A model generated the notes under the pieces. It saw nothing but the letters and a program-made list of their open reading frames with translations. It searched no databases and was not told the DNA's origin. Position numbers and translations under genes: made by a program. A DNA stretch of 63,292 nt, the filler included, from Hyphochytrium catenoides (taxonomy: Eukaryota; Protista; Hyphochytriomycota): assembly GCA_900088475.1 (NCBI GenBank). It is 16 parts of 16 records of this genome, joined end to end, with 100 filler letters (N's around TTAATTAATTAA, not from the genome) between each part and the next. Parts side by side here need not be neighbours in the genome. Positions count along the whole stretch, not along the records: positions 1 to 19,412 come from FLMG01000901.1; 15 more parts are not named here. One strand, given 5' to 3'. This document shows, one piece after another, positions 1 to 10,475 of this stretch (position 1 is the stretch's first letter; each line of letters begins with the position of its first letter).

Positions 1-426
1 TCGTCCTTTCATACGTTTACCCAATGTTGCCTCAGAGTTGACCCAAACTTTACTGATGTCGTTTTACAGTGCTACTCGCTTATGAGTAAAACAAGTCGGT
101 GAGCTTGAGATCAGTGTTTAGGCAAACCAAGTAATACTACGTGGAGCTCTTCAAGACGATGATGAGTATAGCAGCAAGAGTCAGTATGAGCGCTTAGTAA
201 GGTCGAGTGACGTTGAGGATCTATGGACACCACGCTACGTCTCTTGATGAAACTAAATGGACACGTGGAGGCTTTGCAAGTCAACGTGGGAAGAAGCCGT
301 AAGGACTGAGCCCACGACCAAGGGTCATCAGAAGTAGGGCTGTGAGGCACGTTAGAAGTCTCGGTATTGTCGAGCAACTAAGTGCGTTCAGAGAGTCCTC
401 CTCTTTAGACAGACTGGAGGGAAAGA

Positions 427-479
427 TAGACTGGAGTGAACCAGAGATAATATACCGGATACAACTCACAGTCCTAACA
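427..479 (+). repeat. 53-bp direct repeat, copy 1 (copy 2 at 4931-4983)
   Basis: tagactggagtgaaccagagataatataccggatacaactcacagtcctaaca vs tagattggagtgaaccagagattatacaccagatgcaactcacagtcctaaca; 48/53 identical. Confidence 0.9.
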
Positions 480-761
480 GTCCCACTGAGGTCAAGGAGC
501 AACTCAGACTCCGAAATGAGTAACTGAGCTCCTTGACTACAGTTTTCTCATCAAGACTGTGGCCCATCGGATTCCGGACATAGGCGGATTAACCAACAGT
601 CATTAGGTATATGTGGACTCTAATCACTAATTGGTACGGTAGGACAGTGAGTCCTTAGACCAACTAACTAGTAGGCCAAGCCGTACTGTAGCCGTGCAAT
701 ATCTTCGACGAAAGGATATCCCTCATAAAGTACAGCGGATAAGTAAAGGATACTCCAGGAG

Positions 762-3700
762 TAGTGTTGTGACCCGGGTCAACTTTTTGCCAACCCGACC
801 TGACTTGGGTCAACAGGTGCCCAACCCGGGTCAACCTGAGAAATAAGCCTAACATTTACTATAGGACTCGGGTTACTCGGGTTGCCTATACATAAGATAT
901 GCATTTAGCCAAATCTCACTGTGTAGTTGTAGGTAGTAGTGCGTTGTGGTGGACTGTCGACTCGTCCCTCCATTCCTCTTGTTGGAGATCTCCTGCTGGC
1001 ATCTTCGGCGAGTTTCGTTCTGCATGAAAATCTTCTAGAACTCCTACCAGAAGTCGTCGAGCGATAGCATGAAGGAGACTCCTTGGGCCTTGGGCTGACT
1101 TGGAGAGCGAGGAGCGGGAAGTGGACACCGCCCTGCTCGTTGCTGCTTGTTATCTATTGCCTATTGCCCTTGATGTCCCACGGCTTACAAATGTGAGGCA
1201 AAGCGCGGGAACTGGACAGAAGGCAGGTGCTTTTGGCGCGAATGAGGGCTTGTAAAGATCTCCAACATCCAACAATAGAAGATCCTGCTCGCTGCTGGTC
1301 GTCGCTCTTCTTCACTCTTCTGTTTGATCACCTACTTTTCTTCGATCTTGCTCGAGATTACTTACTACTCCTTCATAGTCCTTTCTCCTCTTCTTCGCCT
1401 GCTGCTTCTGCTTCCTTTTCTTCCGGTGCCTTCCTCTCTCCGATGAAGTTGAGGAGGGAGGTCAAGTTCAGCCTTGTTAGAGTTGTCTTCGTGAGATAAT
1501 GACGTGTGACTCCCGTCATAGTTCCATTTCCCTTGACCACTTTAAGTACCTACCACTCAGGCAGCAGTGCCAATAGTAACAAGCCTTATCGATATCAATC
1601 CTCATACCTCCACTAATAGTTGCAACTATCTCGCCCTCAAACTATTCACGCATAGACGACAAACGTTTACTCCAATTCTTACCAAATGGCGGTGCAGCAG
1701 CGGGGAGGAAGCAATAATTCAAGCGACAACGGTACGGGCAGTGAGAATATACCAACCAGGAGACAGGAAGACGGCTTAAGAGGAGGCTCTGTCACTCCTA
1801 TCATTGATGTACGTCGGGGCGCTCTTTCTCGTTTAGGGGGCAGTGGCCATCCTGCAACCAACCCAGCCCGCTCCCGTTCCACCACCGGCTCCTCATCACA
1901 GTCATCGTCGCCGGGAACAGATGGTCTCTCTACTACGTCCTCTTCTTCCAATAAAAGCGCTTCTCGAGGAGCTGAGACAGCAACGTCACCACCAGCCACC
2001 ACCACCTTACTGCAGGAGGAGGACGTAAGTGAAGAGGATCAACAACGCACCTCCTCCTCCTTTGGCCCAGCTCTCTTGGCAGGACCCGCTAGGGCCAGAG
2101 GGCCACCAAAGTCCTCTTGGGTATGGGAGCATTTTCAAGGGGTCACAAGCAAGACAAAAGTCAGCAAGTTTAGCAAGAGAGTCCAAGAAAGGCTTCAGCA
2201 AACAAAGGATCCCGTCGTATGCCTAAAGTGTGCAACAGTGTACTCGAAGGCAAGTGGTACTGGTGTATTAAAGAAGCACCTGGCGAAGCACCGGATTTTT
2301 GACCCCGAGGCTTGCACGGCGAGAGAGCCAAAGCTCGCCGGAGCAGTGATAGCACCTACGACGGCGGGGAACACTATTGATCATCAAGCAGGGGAGGGAA
2401 AACCCTCTCGTCAGCAAACTTTGGGGGAATGCAATGAACGGATTGCTCCTTACAACGAAAAAGCCAACAGTGTCCACTTGAATAGGTACATTGAATTTGT
2501 TGTGATGGAGCTGGTACCACTGTCACTTTCTGAGTCTAAGCCGTTCAGGAGGTTTATCCAAGGGCTTAACCCTCGCTACCGCCATCCATCTCGGCAACAC
2601 GTCAAGCTAAAGGTGCAAGAGAAGTGTGCTTTTAAAAGGGCTCAGCTTAGGACAGATGTATTGTCTACTGTCGAGACTGTCCACGCAACGACCGACTTCT
2701 GGACTTCTGGGGCCAACGAGCCATATTGTGGAGTGACTTTACATTGGCTTAGTCCATCTGGAACTTCAATCGAGACGGTAGACGTGCGGACAAAGCTGGT
2801 ACCATATCCCCATACCTCCGATGAGATACTCAGTACGTTTCGCTCCATCTTAGAAGAAGAAGGCTTGAGCTCAAAAGTCTCTTTTGTAACTTCGGACAAC
2901 GGTAGCAATGTGGTGAAGGCCTTTGAAAACACTGAGTTTGTTCACATACGATGCGCTGCGCATTCTCTCCAGCTAGTTGTTCGTCATGGGGTTGAGCATG
3001 ATTCGCTGGCAAATTGCTTGGAGAAAGTTAGAGGGCTTAATGTCCTGTTGTCACGGCCAAAGCAGGAGCAATTCCTTAGGGATGCCCAGGTCTTCCTTGG
3101 AGTGTCAGAGACAGATACCGTATGCGTGATTAAAGAGGTAGACACAAGGTGGAACTCCACGCTACTTATGGTGGAGAGATTGCTGAGGCTACGAGAAGCC
3201 ATTGAAAGATATAAAGCCAAGTTGGAGAGTGATCTAGCTGCTCATCAACGAGCAGCTTGGAATACTTTTAAAGCACAAAAGACCTCTTCTCGATCGTTGC
3301 CAGGTTTTATTAAGCCTGTTAAGCCGAGTGCAGACTTTATCAAGCTTGTCACAAACGTCTCCACCCTCATACCCTGCTCTGACGACTGGAAATTGCTGGC
3401 AGACCTCGTAAACCTTCTGAAGCCTTTCGAGGCTGTTACGGTTCAACTTGGAGGCTCGTATTACTCGACTTTCTCTACGGTTATTCCTTGCCGCTACAAG
3501 CTAAAGACTCACCTAATTGAGCAGCGGAACAGTCCAGGAGTGCATCCTTCAGTCTCTCGGGTAGCCGGAGCGATGTACAACATATTCGACGACAAATGGA
3601 AGGCTCCAGGTGTACACGCATTTATCGCTAGCTATCTGGACCCTCAATTCAAGACCGTCGTTAAACAGATGGACACCTATCTTGTCGGTCCCGCCAAGAA

Positions 3701-4854
3701 GCTGCTTGCTGAGTTGATAAACGAGGAACAAGACCGTCAAAGGGAGGAGGGTGGAAAGGGGGTGTCTATAGACGACGAAGGTAGTCAGTCAGACGAAGAC
3801 GACGAAGGACCATCAGTAGTTGGTTTGGGAGCAAGAGGGGGCTTTGATCTCTTGTCCGAAGTGATAATGTTGGCCGGTGATCACGTGGACGACATTGAGA
3901 TCGAGCAAGAGCTGGAGGACGAACTTACCAGATACGATAAGCTCAAGTTTGATCTTAAGTACTTCAGGGGCAAGCAGAGAGAGGTTGACAACTTTGATGT
4001 GATCGCATGGTGGCATGGCAATTCTGGATTGTTCCCTGTCCTCACAAAGATTGCATTGAAATATGCTTCCGTTCCGGGAACTTCAGTGCCTGCAGAAAGG
4101 CTCTTTTCGGGGCCAGGCTTAACGATCACAAAGAAGCGAAACAGGCTCGACAGTGACTTGGTTAATGACCTGCTGTTTCTTCGCAGTACCCTGCGACAAG
4201 AAGACCGCAAGAAAGTAGCGCTTCAAAAGCATCAGCAGCATTCTTCTTCAAGTGTGGCGAGTCATAAGAAGCATCATAGGACTTCCTACTAGTAGAGAGT
4301 AACCATAGTAAGTAATGCTGATGGCATCGCAACAACCCACAAGTAATGAGTAGCACTACTCATCAAGTAGTGATGATGATGAAAGATGAAAGATGATTTA
4401 GCCATCCAACGACGGGCTTCTTCGTCCTCGTCCGTCGAGATTTATGATGTGATCAACTGATTGATCGATGATTCACGACGGTGGTTCGTGGCTTACTCCT
4501 CCTGTACTGCATGTACTCTGCTGATGGGTGCCCGCTTCCCTCCTCCTGCAGCTTGTTCTCCCGTGTTGGTGCTTGGTACGAGTGGTGGGTTGGGGGTGAA
4601 GAAGTAAGCCATAGATTATGTTAGGGCTATCTGATTCTTCTGTTCTACCTTTCTCCGTATTCGATAAGATTTAACACACTTTAACTGCAGAAATGGATTG
4701 CTCTCATCACATCATAAGGAATACGAATCACTTCTCACCCTTTGTGTTCGTTGACTTTGCCTAACCCGGGTCAGGGCCACGCCAACCCAACCTGACTTGA
4801 GTCAAACCTGACTTGGGTTAACCTGGGTTATGGTCAACCCGGGTCACAACACTA
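762..4854 (+). mobile_element. Full-length hAT-superfamily DNA transposon
   Basis: Perfect 18-bp TIR TAGTGTTGTGACCCGGGT at 762-779 and its reverse complement at 4837-4854. Identical 8-bp TSD TCCAGGAG at 754-761 and 4855-4862 (8 bp is hAT-typical). Encloses an intact transposase ORF. Confidence 0.96.
1686..4292 (+). CDS. hAT transposase (BED zinc finger, DDE core, C-terminal dimerization domain), 868 aa
   Basis: BED finger SSWVWEHF...CLKC...LKKHLAKH; TTDFWTS (D1); VTSDNGSNV (D2); RCAAHSLQL (CxxH); DTRWNSTLLM; WWHGN...FPVL...SVPAERLFS (E). No stops or frameshifts. Confidence 0.95.
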   Translation: MAVQQRGGSNNSSDNGTGSENIPTRRQEDGLRGGSVTPIIDVRRGALSRLGGSGHPATNPARSRSTTGSSSQSSSPGTDGLSTTSSSSNKSASRGAETATSPPATTTLLQEEDVSEEDQQRTSSSFGPALLAGPARARGPPKSSWVWEHFQGVTSKTKVSKFSKRVQERLQQTKDPVVCLKCATVYSKASGTGVLKKHLAKHRIFDPEACTAREPKLAGAVIAPTTAGNTIDHQAGEGKPSRQQTLGECNERIAPYNEKANSVHLNRYIEFVVMELVPLSLSESKPFRRFIQGLNPRYRHPSRQHVKLKVQEKCAFKRAQLRTDVLSTVETVHATTDFWTSGANEPYCGVTLHWLSPSGTSIETVDVRTKLVPYPHTSDEILSTFRSILEEEGLSSKVSFVTSDNGSNVVKAFENTEFVHIRCAAHSLQLVVRHGVEHDSLANCLEKVRGLNVLLSRPKQEQFLRDAQVFLGVSETDTVCVIKEVDTRWNSTLLMVERLLRLREAIERYKAKLESDLAAHQRAAWNTFKAQKTSSRSLPGFIKPVKPSADFIKLVTNVSTLIPCSDDWKLLADLVNLLKPFEAVTVQLGGSYYSTFSTVIPCRYKLKTHLIEQRNSPGVHPSVSRVAGAMYNIFDDKWKAPGVHAFIASYLDPQFKTVVKQMDTYLVGPAKKLLAELINEEQDRQREEGGKGVSIDDEGSQSDEDDEGPSVVGLGARGGFDLLSEVIMLAGDHVDDIEIEQELEDELTRYDKLKFDLKYFRGKQREVDNFDVIAWWHGNSGLFPVLTKIALKYASVPGTSVPAERLFSGPGLTITKKRNRLDSDLVNDLLFLRSTLRQEDRKKVALQKHQQHSSSSVASHKKHHRTSY

Positions 4855-6271
4855 TCCAGGAGGACTCGAACCTGAATCATGAATGATCAACCAAGTGTGC
4901 ACCCACAGACATTGCACCAAATATCCATAGTAGATTGGAGTGAACCAGAGATTATACACCAGATGCAACTCACAGTCCTAACACTTTCACCTTGAAGTAT
5001 TTTTGAATTGTGTGTGCCTACAGTATGGTTACAAAGTCGACTGCTCTACTACCACAGCGAACTTCTTCAGACACATTATTGCTTCCCCTACGAGAACTCG
5101 TTCTGCAGCAGCAGCGGAAGGCTCCTCTTTTGAAGACCCCCAATAATGGACAGAAATAATCAGATACTTACCATCTACTACCAGGTAGTGGTTATAGAGG
5201 ACGGTGAAAAATCTGTGGACTATCTCAACGTCTGGGATTATCTTTTGACACCAAATACAGTCAACACCCACGATCTTACCACTCGGCAATAATATGGTTC
5301 ATTAAAAAAAAGTTTGGGATCGAGTCCAAACTTCTCATGGAGACGGCTAGAACTCCCAGGCCGTCCATCTCATGGAACAGAGACACACTTCTTTCTTATA
5401 CAGCTCCAGTACCTGCAATTCTTCTACGAAATAAAGGCAAGGGTCAGCCTCCTCAACGGTCAAGTGATGATCCTAGAAGATGATGATGAAGTCACAACAT
5501 GTGTACAGAAAGACCTACTATGCCGAGATGGCACTTTAATCAAGGGCTTTGATGATGACAATCCCGGTTGGAAGACGTAGTGGACGAAGCGGAACAGAGA
5601 TATTCCGATCTCCAAAAAGTCATCCAGGAACTAAATTCTTCAATAACATATGAGACAGCAATGCTGATTCGTGAATTCTTACAACTCCTTTAAATACTTG
5701 CCGCCAGGGGAACGCGTTTAATATGGATATAGGCCTCCGAGTATGCCGCTGGGGAGGGTTAATTCCTGATGGAGAACCTCTTGGACTGTCGATCTTTAAA
5801 TGTTAATTGGCAGACAGTACATCGCTCATAACAGAACGTTGATAAAAGTTGCCCAGTATCCACTGCCACTCCGCCAAAAAAAAGAGAGAAGTGGGCATGT
5901 TACGCCCTTCCCTCCTTTTTCTTCCCAGCAAGGAAGTGAAATGAATATTCATATATAACCCGAAGAAGATTCATATTTCTACCTGATGCCGGAGCTCGCC
6001 CAGTAGTCAAGAGATCACCCACTCTCGTCATTGGTTAGAAGAGCAAAGACCCACAAACTCATTTCCAGCCATGACAAGTGACCTGCGCGGCCTAAGAAGA
6101 AGACGACTGCGCATTGAAATAGAAGGGCACCAAACCTGCCACCACAGAAGGTTTGATGAGAGCCGTCTAGTTAGCTTATTAGACCTGCCCTTCCAACATC
6201 ATTGCCATGTACTTCATGATTTGACGTCTCTCAGGTCCAAAAAAACTTGTTGCCTCTGATTAAGGTCTCAT

Positions 6272-7108
6272 TTATAGGTCTCGATAGCCCTCCTCCTCAA
6301 TGGTTCTGTCCCCCGCAAATGATGACAACCTACGCTTGCTGGACGGCTGGGCTCGATGGAGCTCCTTAGACCTATTTTTTCTCACTTTAGTTATATACTT
6401 TCTCAAGGACTTTAGTTCTTTCTCATATGATGAGTAATCGTCATAATTGGTACTCATATAGTTCTCGAAGAGCATATGGAAGTTCAGATATATGGCTTCT
6501 CGGCTTTATCACTGCAGCTCTAATTGGGTGCCCCTTCTCGAGTTCCTTCAAGAATGCAAGATTGCGAAGATCTTTCTTGTGGACGTTGCGGTACTTCTCA
6601 TAGTGTGCCTCATCATTATCATAATCAACGAGACACTCTGAGATGATCTCCGGTGCTTGCTGTTCCACATTAGCCATGACACAACCTGTAAACTGGTAAT
6701 TCACCTCCCAGTGATGCTCTCGGTGTAGGCTTTCTGGTACCTTTCAAAAGAAAGGCCACAAACCGAGCGTCCCTTGACGATAGCACCATCAAGGAGCACT
6801 ACCATCTGAAGGTCATCTTTCACCACTTGGTGAATATGATTGATGTCCACCTTTCCATTTCCGTTAAGCATTGCTTGATCCGCCGCAGCGGAATAAGTAG
6901 ACGAGAAATCACGTCCAAGGCCAGCTTCAATTTGACTTCTTGTAAGATAGTCAACTAGCTCCTTAATGTCATCTCTGTTGAGAATAAAAAGACCCTGCTT
7001 CTTCCTAATTCCATTAGCAGGGCGTTCGGAGAAGGTTGGGATTCAGCTGAGTGCTCGTTGAGAGGTAGTGTTGGACTTGTGCTCTTCGTAGGAAATTGAT
7101 GAATACAT
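6272..7108 (-). pseudogene. Disrupted intronless hypothetical gene (~270 codons), unknown function
   Basis: MYSSISYEEHK...*IPTFSERPANG...ELVDYLTRSQIEAG...YTESITG / EVNYQFTG...KELEKGHPIRAAVIK / EAIYLNFHMLFENYMST...: coherent protein-like text broken by one in-frame stop and two frameshifts. Confidence 0.5.
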
Positions 7109-7755
7109 TAGTTGATCAAAGTGACCAAGTGCTCATCAAGCTCTTGTCTAGTGATTCTTCTGGAGCTAACTAGCTAAACTACGTAAGTCGCTAACTTACT
7201 ACTGAACTACTGAGCTACTTCCTATGTCCAAGTATTACGATGGAAGTGCAACACATGCAAAGAAGATAGAAGTAGAAGGGAGTGAGAGAGAAAGACCTCA
7301 AAAGAGACACGAAGAAAGAAAGGCTTTCAATAGCTTCGGTCCTTATGTCCAGTGAGAAGTTCAGAGCGCCAACAGAACTTCCATCTGCAAAGTCTAACGC
7401 AGAAGACCAGCACGGTCTAGTGCAGAGACAGTGCGCGAGAGACTTCCTAAGCAGAGTCCGAACGTCAGCAGTAACTTCCAGTACTATTTACATGGGAGAA
7501 CATCGCCTTCTAGCCTTGTAAACTCTCTCGCTAACCTCCGAGGTTTTTCCTCTCTTGTTGCCATTTTCTTTTCCAGAGCTTAGGTGCTTCTTTCTTTTCT
7601 CGCTCTACATAATAATCAAGAGAATTTTTTGAGAAGAAAAAAGTAAACATCCCTCTGCTAAAATTTCTGTCTTTGCTTTTTTCTTCAATGCTTTTTTAGT
7701 CCTCTTGGTCACAGTATTTTTCATTGGCTACTTTTTCTTTTCTCTCTTCATATTG

Positions 7756-8460
7756 GGAATGATCGCATCAATCATGGTAAAATATCTAGCGTCGCCGATG
7801 CAGCAGAAACATTTGAAGAAGTGCAAAAGGCAGCATCAGTCAGTTTACCTTCAACAAATGCTCCGTTCATCGAGGGCCAGCCAGAAGAGGGCCAATGGTG
7901 GGATAATAACTATAATCTATGCATGGAGTTGATACCACGAAGCGTGAGGGGCCATCTCAAGGAAAGAATTCTCAACTCAAGATTAAAAAACTGAAAGTTT
8001 GAGCTTGATGAAGTGAGCGGTGAAATGGAAGAGCTCATCACAAATCAACTTGCTGAGTCTCAACAACAAAGTTTTCCGGGCGAAAATTCAGGAGCTTGAT
8101 AGTACCATCGATTCATTGCAAAGGAAGTTGGACCAGTGTAAAGATATGCTATTGACCCAGCATAAGATCATACAGAAGTTGAGAACTTCATCGTGTTTAA
8201 GTCGTTCTTATTTCTTAAAGCAACTGAGAAGAGTCAAAAGTTGGCAGCTATTTTTCTTTGCTGGATATGGCAGTAGTGAAGTTGAGGTGTATCGGCTATG
8301 AAAAGAGCATCTATAAAAATGTGAATTGGTACTGCTGTGAAACAAGGTCTGGGGTTTTGACCGTTCACATGATGATGCAGAAAAAGCTGGATCAGTGCAA
8401 ATGTAAAGTACTTGGTCATTAAACAACATGGTCTCATTATGGATCTGAGATCCCACACTC
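7756..8460 (+). pseudogene. Disrupted coiled-coil hypothetical gene with an internal repeat
   Basis: Segments GNDRINHGK...WWDNNYNLCMEL.../FRAKIQELDSTIDSLQRKLDQCKDMLLTQHKIIQKLRTS and a second MQKKLDQCK/YLVIKQHGLIMDLRSH, with stops and frameshifts. Confidence 0.35.
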
Positions 8461-8547
8461 TCTAAAGTTCTTTCGATAGCAACAGCATCGTGTCAAACCT
8501 TATATTCTAATATTATTTTCTGGGCAATAATGAAGGTTATGTATTGG

Positions 8548-8745
8548 CTAAAGAAAGAAGTTCACATAATGATGGATTGTAACGGACAATCTGACTGCTA
8601 ACGGCTTAGAAATGGTCATCACTACCACAACTATCAACCAATCAGCGGCTACCAGACAACCATAACAGCCAATCACAGGGAGCGCTAACAGAAGTCCTGG
8701 TTCAGCCAAAGACAACAGAGACTGAGCCAGATTGACTGCAGTCAT
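8548..8745 (-). CDS. Small hydrophobic/membrane protein (65 aa) abutting the integrase stop codon
   Basis: ATG directly follows the integrase TAG (…GTT TAG ATG ACT…). Hydrophobic stretches GLLLALPVIGCYGCLVAADWLIVVVVMTI. Confidence 0.4.
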   Translation of the reverse strand: MTAVNLAQSLLSLAEPGLLLALPVIGCYGCLVAADWLIVVVVMTISKPLAVRLSVTIHHYVNFFL

Positions 8746-9735
8746 CTAAACAACAGCTCTGTCATGGACTTTCACAAGCTCATGCCGGTACAACTTAGCA
8801 GTGTAAAGCTTACGGGCCTTGCTGACTGTCAGTAGCTGGCCTGCCAGGTAGTCACGAAGGAGGTACCTTGTGATAGAGTGTCCACTTCTGATCAAGTCTT
8901 TGGTAAGGACTAGGCTGATAAAGAACAGGGTGTCCCCGTGGCCCTTAAGCGTGACTATCGTCCCGCGGTCAAGAGGCGCCTGCTCCAATGGGATTGTCTT
9001 TTTGTATATCTCAATCAAGCGGTTGTAAACTGACTCTGTTATGCGACGGCCTCTATTGCTAGTAATCAAACCAAAGTGCACCTCGGCAGGAGTAAAGCGG
9101 GTCGTGCTGTGTATGACATCGTGATTGTAGGTGTCAAGAATTTTATCCAAAAGAGAGACATCCCAGTCCAAGCTGCAAGCTTGCCCTTAATGGTCTTATT
9201 GAAGCGCTCAATGATGCCCAATGGGCGGTAGGGGAAAGTTGTCTGCTGTTGGACGCTGTACTTCTTGCGAATGCGATCTAGGTATCTATTGACAAACTCA
9301 CTACCATTGTCTGTTAGCAGAGTCAAAGGGCGCATTGTCTCTGGCCCTGAAAACACCAGGATAGTCTTCACAAAAGCGATGGTTGGAGTCAAAGTGGTAG
9401 TCATACTCTTGAACCCAATACTCTACTTGCTCTTGTGGTACATGAATGGACTGGCTAAATAAGTAGTCAAAGAAAAGGGCCACCATCACTGCTTCTTTAT
9501 TGTCTAACAAGAAGGAGTATGCGAACTTAGAAGACCCGTCGCCTATGTTGAGAAGGACAAACTCAAACTTGCGACGCTCATATGATGGAGCAGGGATATA
9601 CGCACCAACCAAGCGCCTGGTACGTCTTGCAAATTGTTCTAGGACTGGTCGATACTGAGTGTAGACTTCCGTGGGAATCAGCGTGATTTCTGCTTCCCAT
9701 TTCCTTAAGGGACCGGCACAACTGTTGTCATAGAC
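8746..9735 (-). pseudogene. rve (DDE) integrase of Polinton/Maverick-virophage c-integrase type, two frameshifts
   Basis: Joined frames give GPLRKWEAEITLI...FEFVLLNIGDGSSKFAYSFLLDNKEA...PLTLLTDNGSEFVN...GIIERFNKTIKGKL...ILDTYNHDVIHSTTRFTPAEV...KLYRHELVKV. These are the classic TDNGxEF, ERFN, YN-H-TP and FY/LYxxELxxV motifs. No RT/RNase H nearby. Confidence 0.85.
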
Positions 9736-10475
9736 CGCTTCTTAACGCCTAGTTGCTTGACCTTCTTCCTGGGCCGCACATCTGGAGGACGTGGAGGAGC
9801 TTCTCTAAGGGTGAGAGTTCATGGTATCAACGAAGGTAACTTATTTATTATAGATAGGCAGATACTTTGATCCGACCAATTAATGGCCAATATCGTAGTC
9901 AGAGGGACTATGATGGACGATGTAAGAAACAGTGGTTGAGGTTATTCTATATGTGAACTTGCTAGTCTTGCCAATTAACACATTAACAAGTGGGTCATTG
10001 CTACATTACTTGGCACTTACATTCTCCTGCTTTCCGGATTCCCAACTGTCCCGTTAGCTCATGGACTGAGATCCAGTTACTTTGAACTCTCACGGGTGCT
10101 ATCCTTAAAGAAATGGTAGAAGACCTCAACATCAAATTCCACATTCTCGTCCTTACCGCTTGCTGGTGGTGGGTAGCGCCTTCACATTCCGTCCTATTCT
10201 ACCGCTCATTGGGGAAAGCTTTTCCTTAACCCTACAGTATTTGAATGGTACCAAGACGACGGTGTGAAGCTCATACCAACAGATATTCACTGTGAGGGTC
10301 AAGAGAAAAGATAATCATTGGATGCTTTAGCTATAAAGGAGCTCGACGGAAATTTGCGTCAGAACGAAGCTAATAACAGCGAGTGCTCAGCTGGCTAGTG
10401 ATTTGATGGAGAAGCTATGTTATCATTGCTTGGCTAGCGCAACGGATTTACGTCTTGCTCCGTCTCCTCTCCTTC

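Larger units (their letters stand above)
4863..10300. mobile_element. Decayed virus-like / Polinton-like integrated segment (boundaries approximate; probably continues to the left of the hAT)
   Basis: Polinton/virophage-type rve integrase pseudogene plus several densely packed, intronless, disrupted ORFs on both strands. No CT microsatellites. No termini or capsid/pPolB recognised. Confidence 0.5.

Noticed and set aside
916-1520. Antisense cargo gene inside the hAT 5' region
   Set aside because: Only short frames with multiple stops and no recognisable motif.
8746-9735. Integrase as part of an LTR retrotransposon
   Set aside because: No RT, RNase H, protease, PBS or LTR nearby; C-terminal motif fits the Polinton-type integrase.
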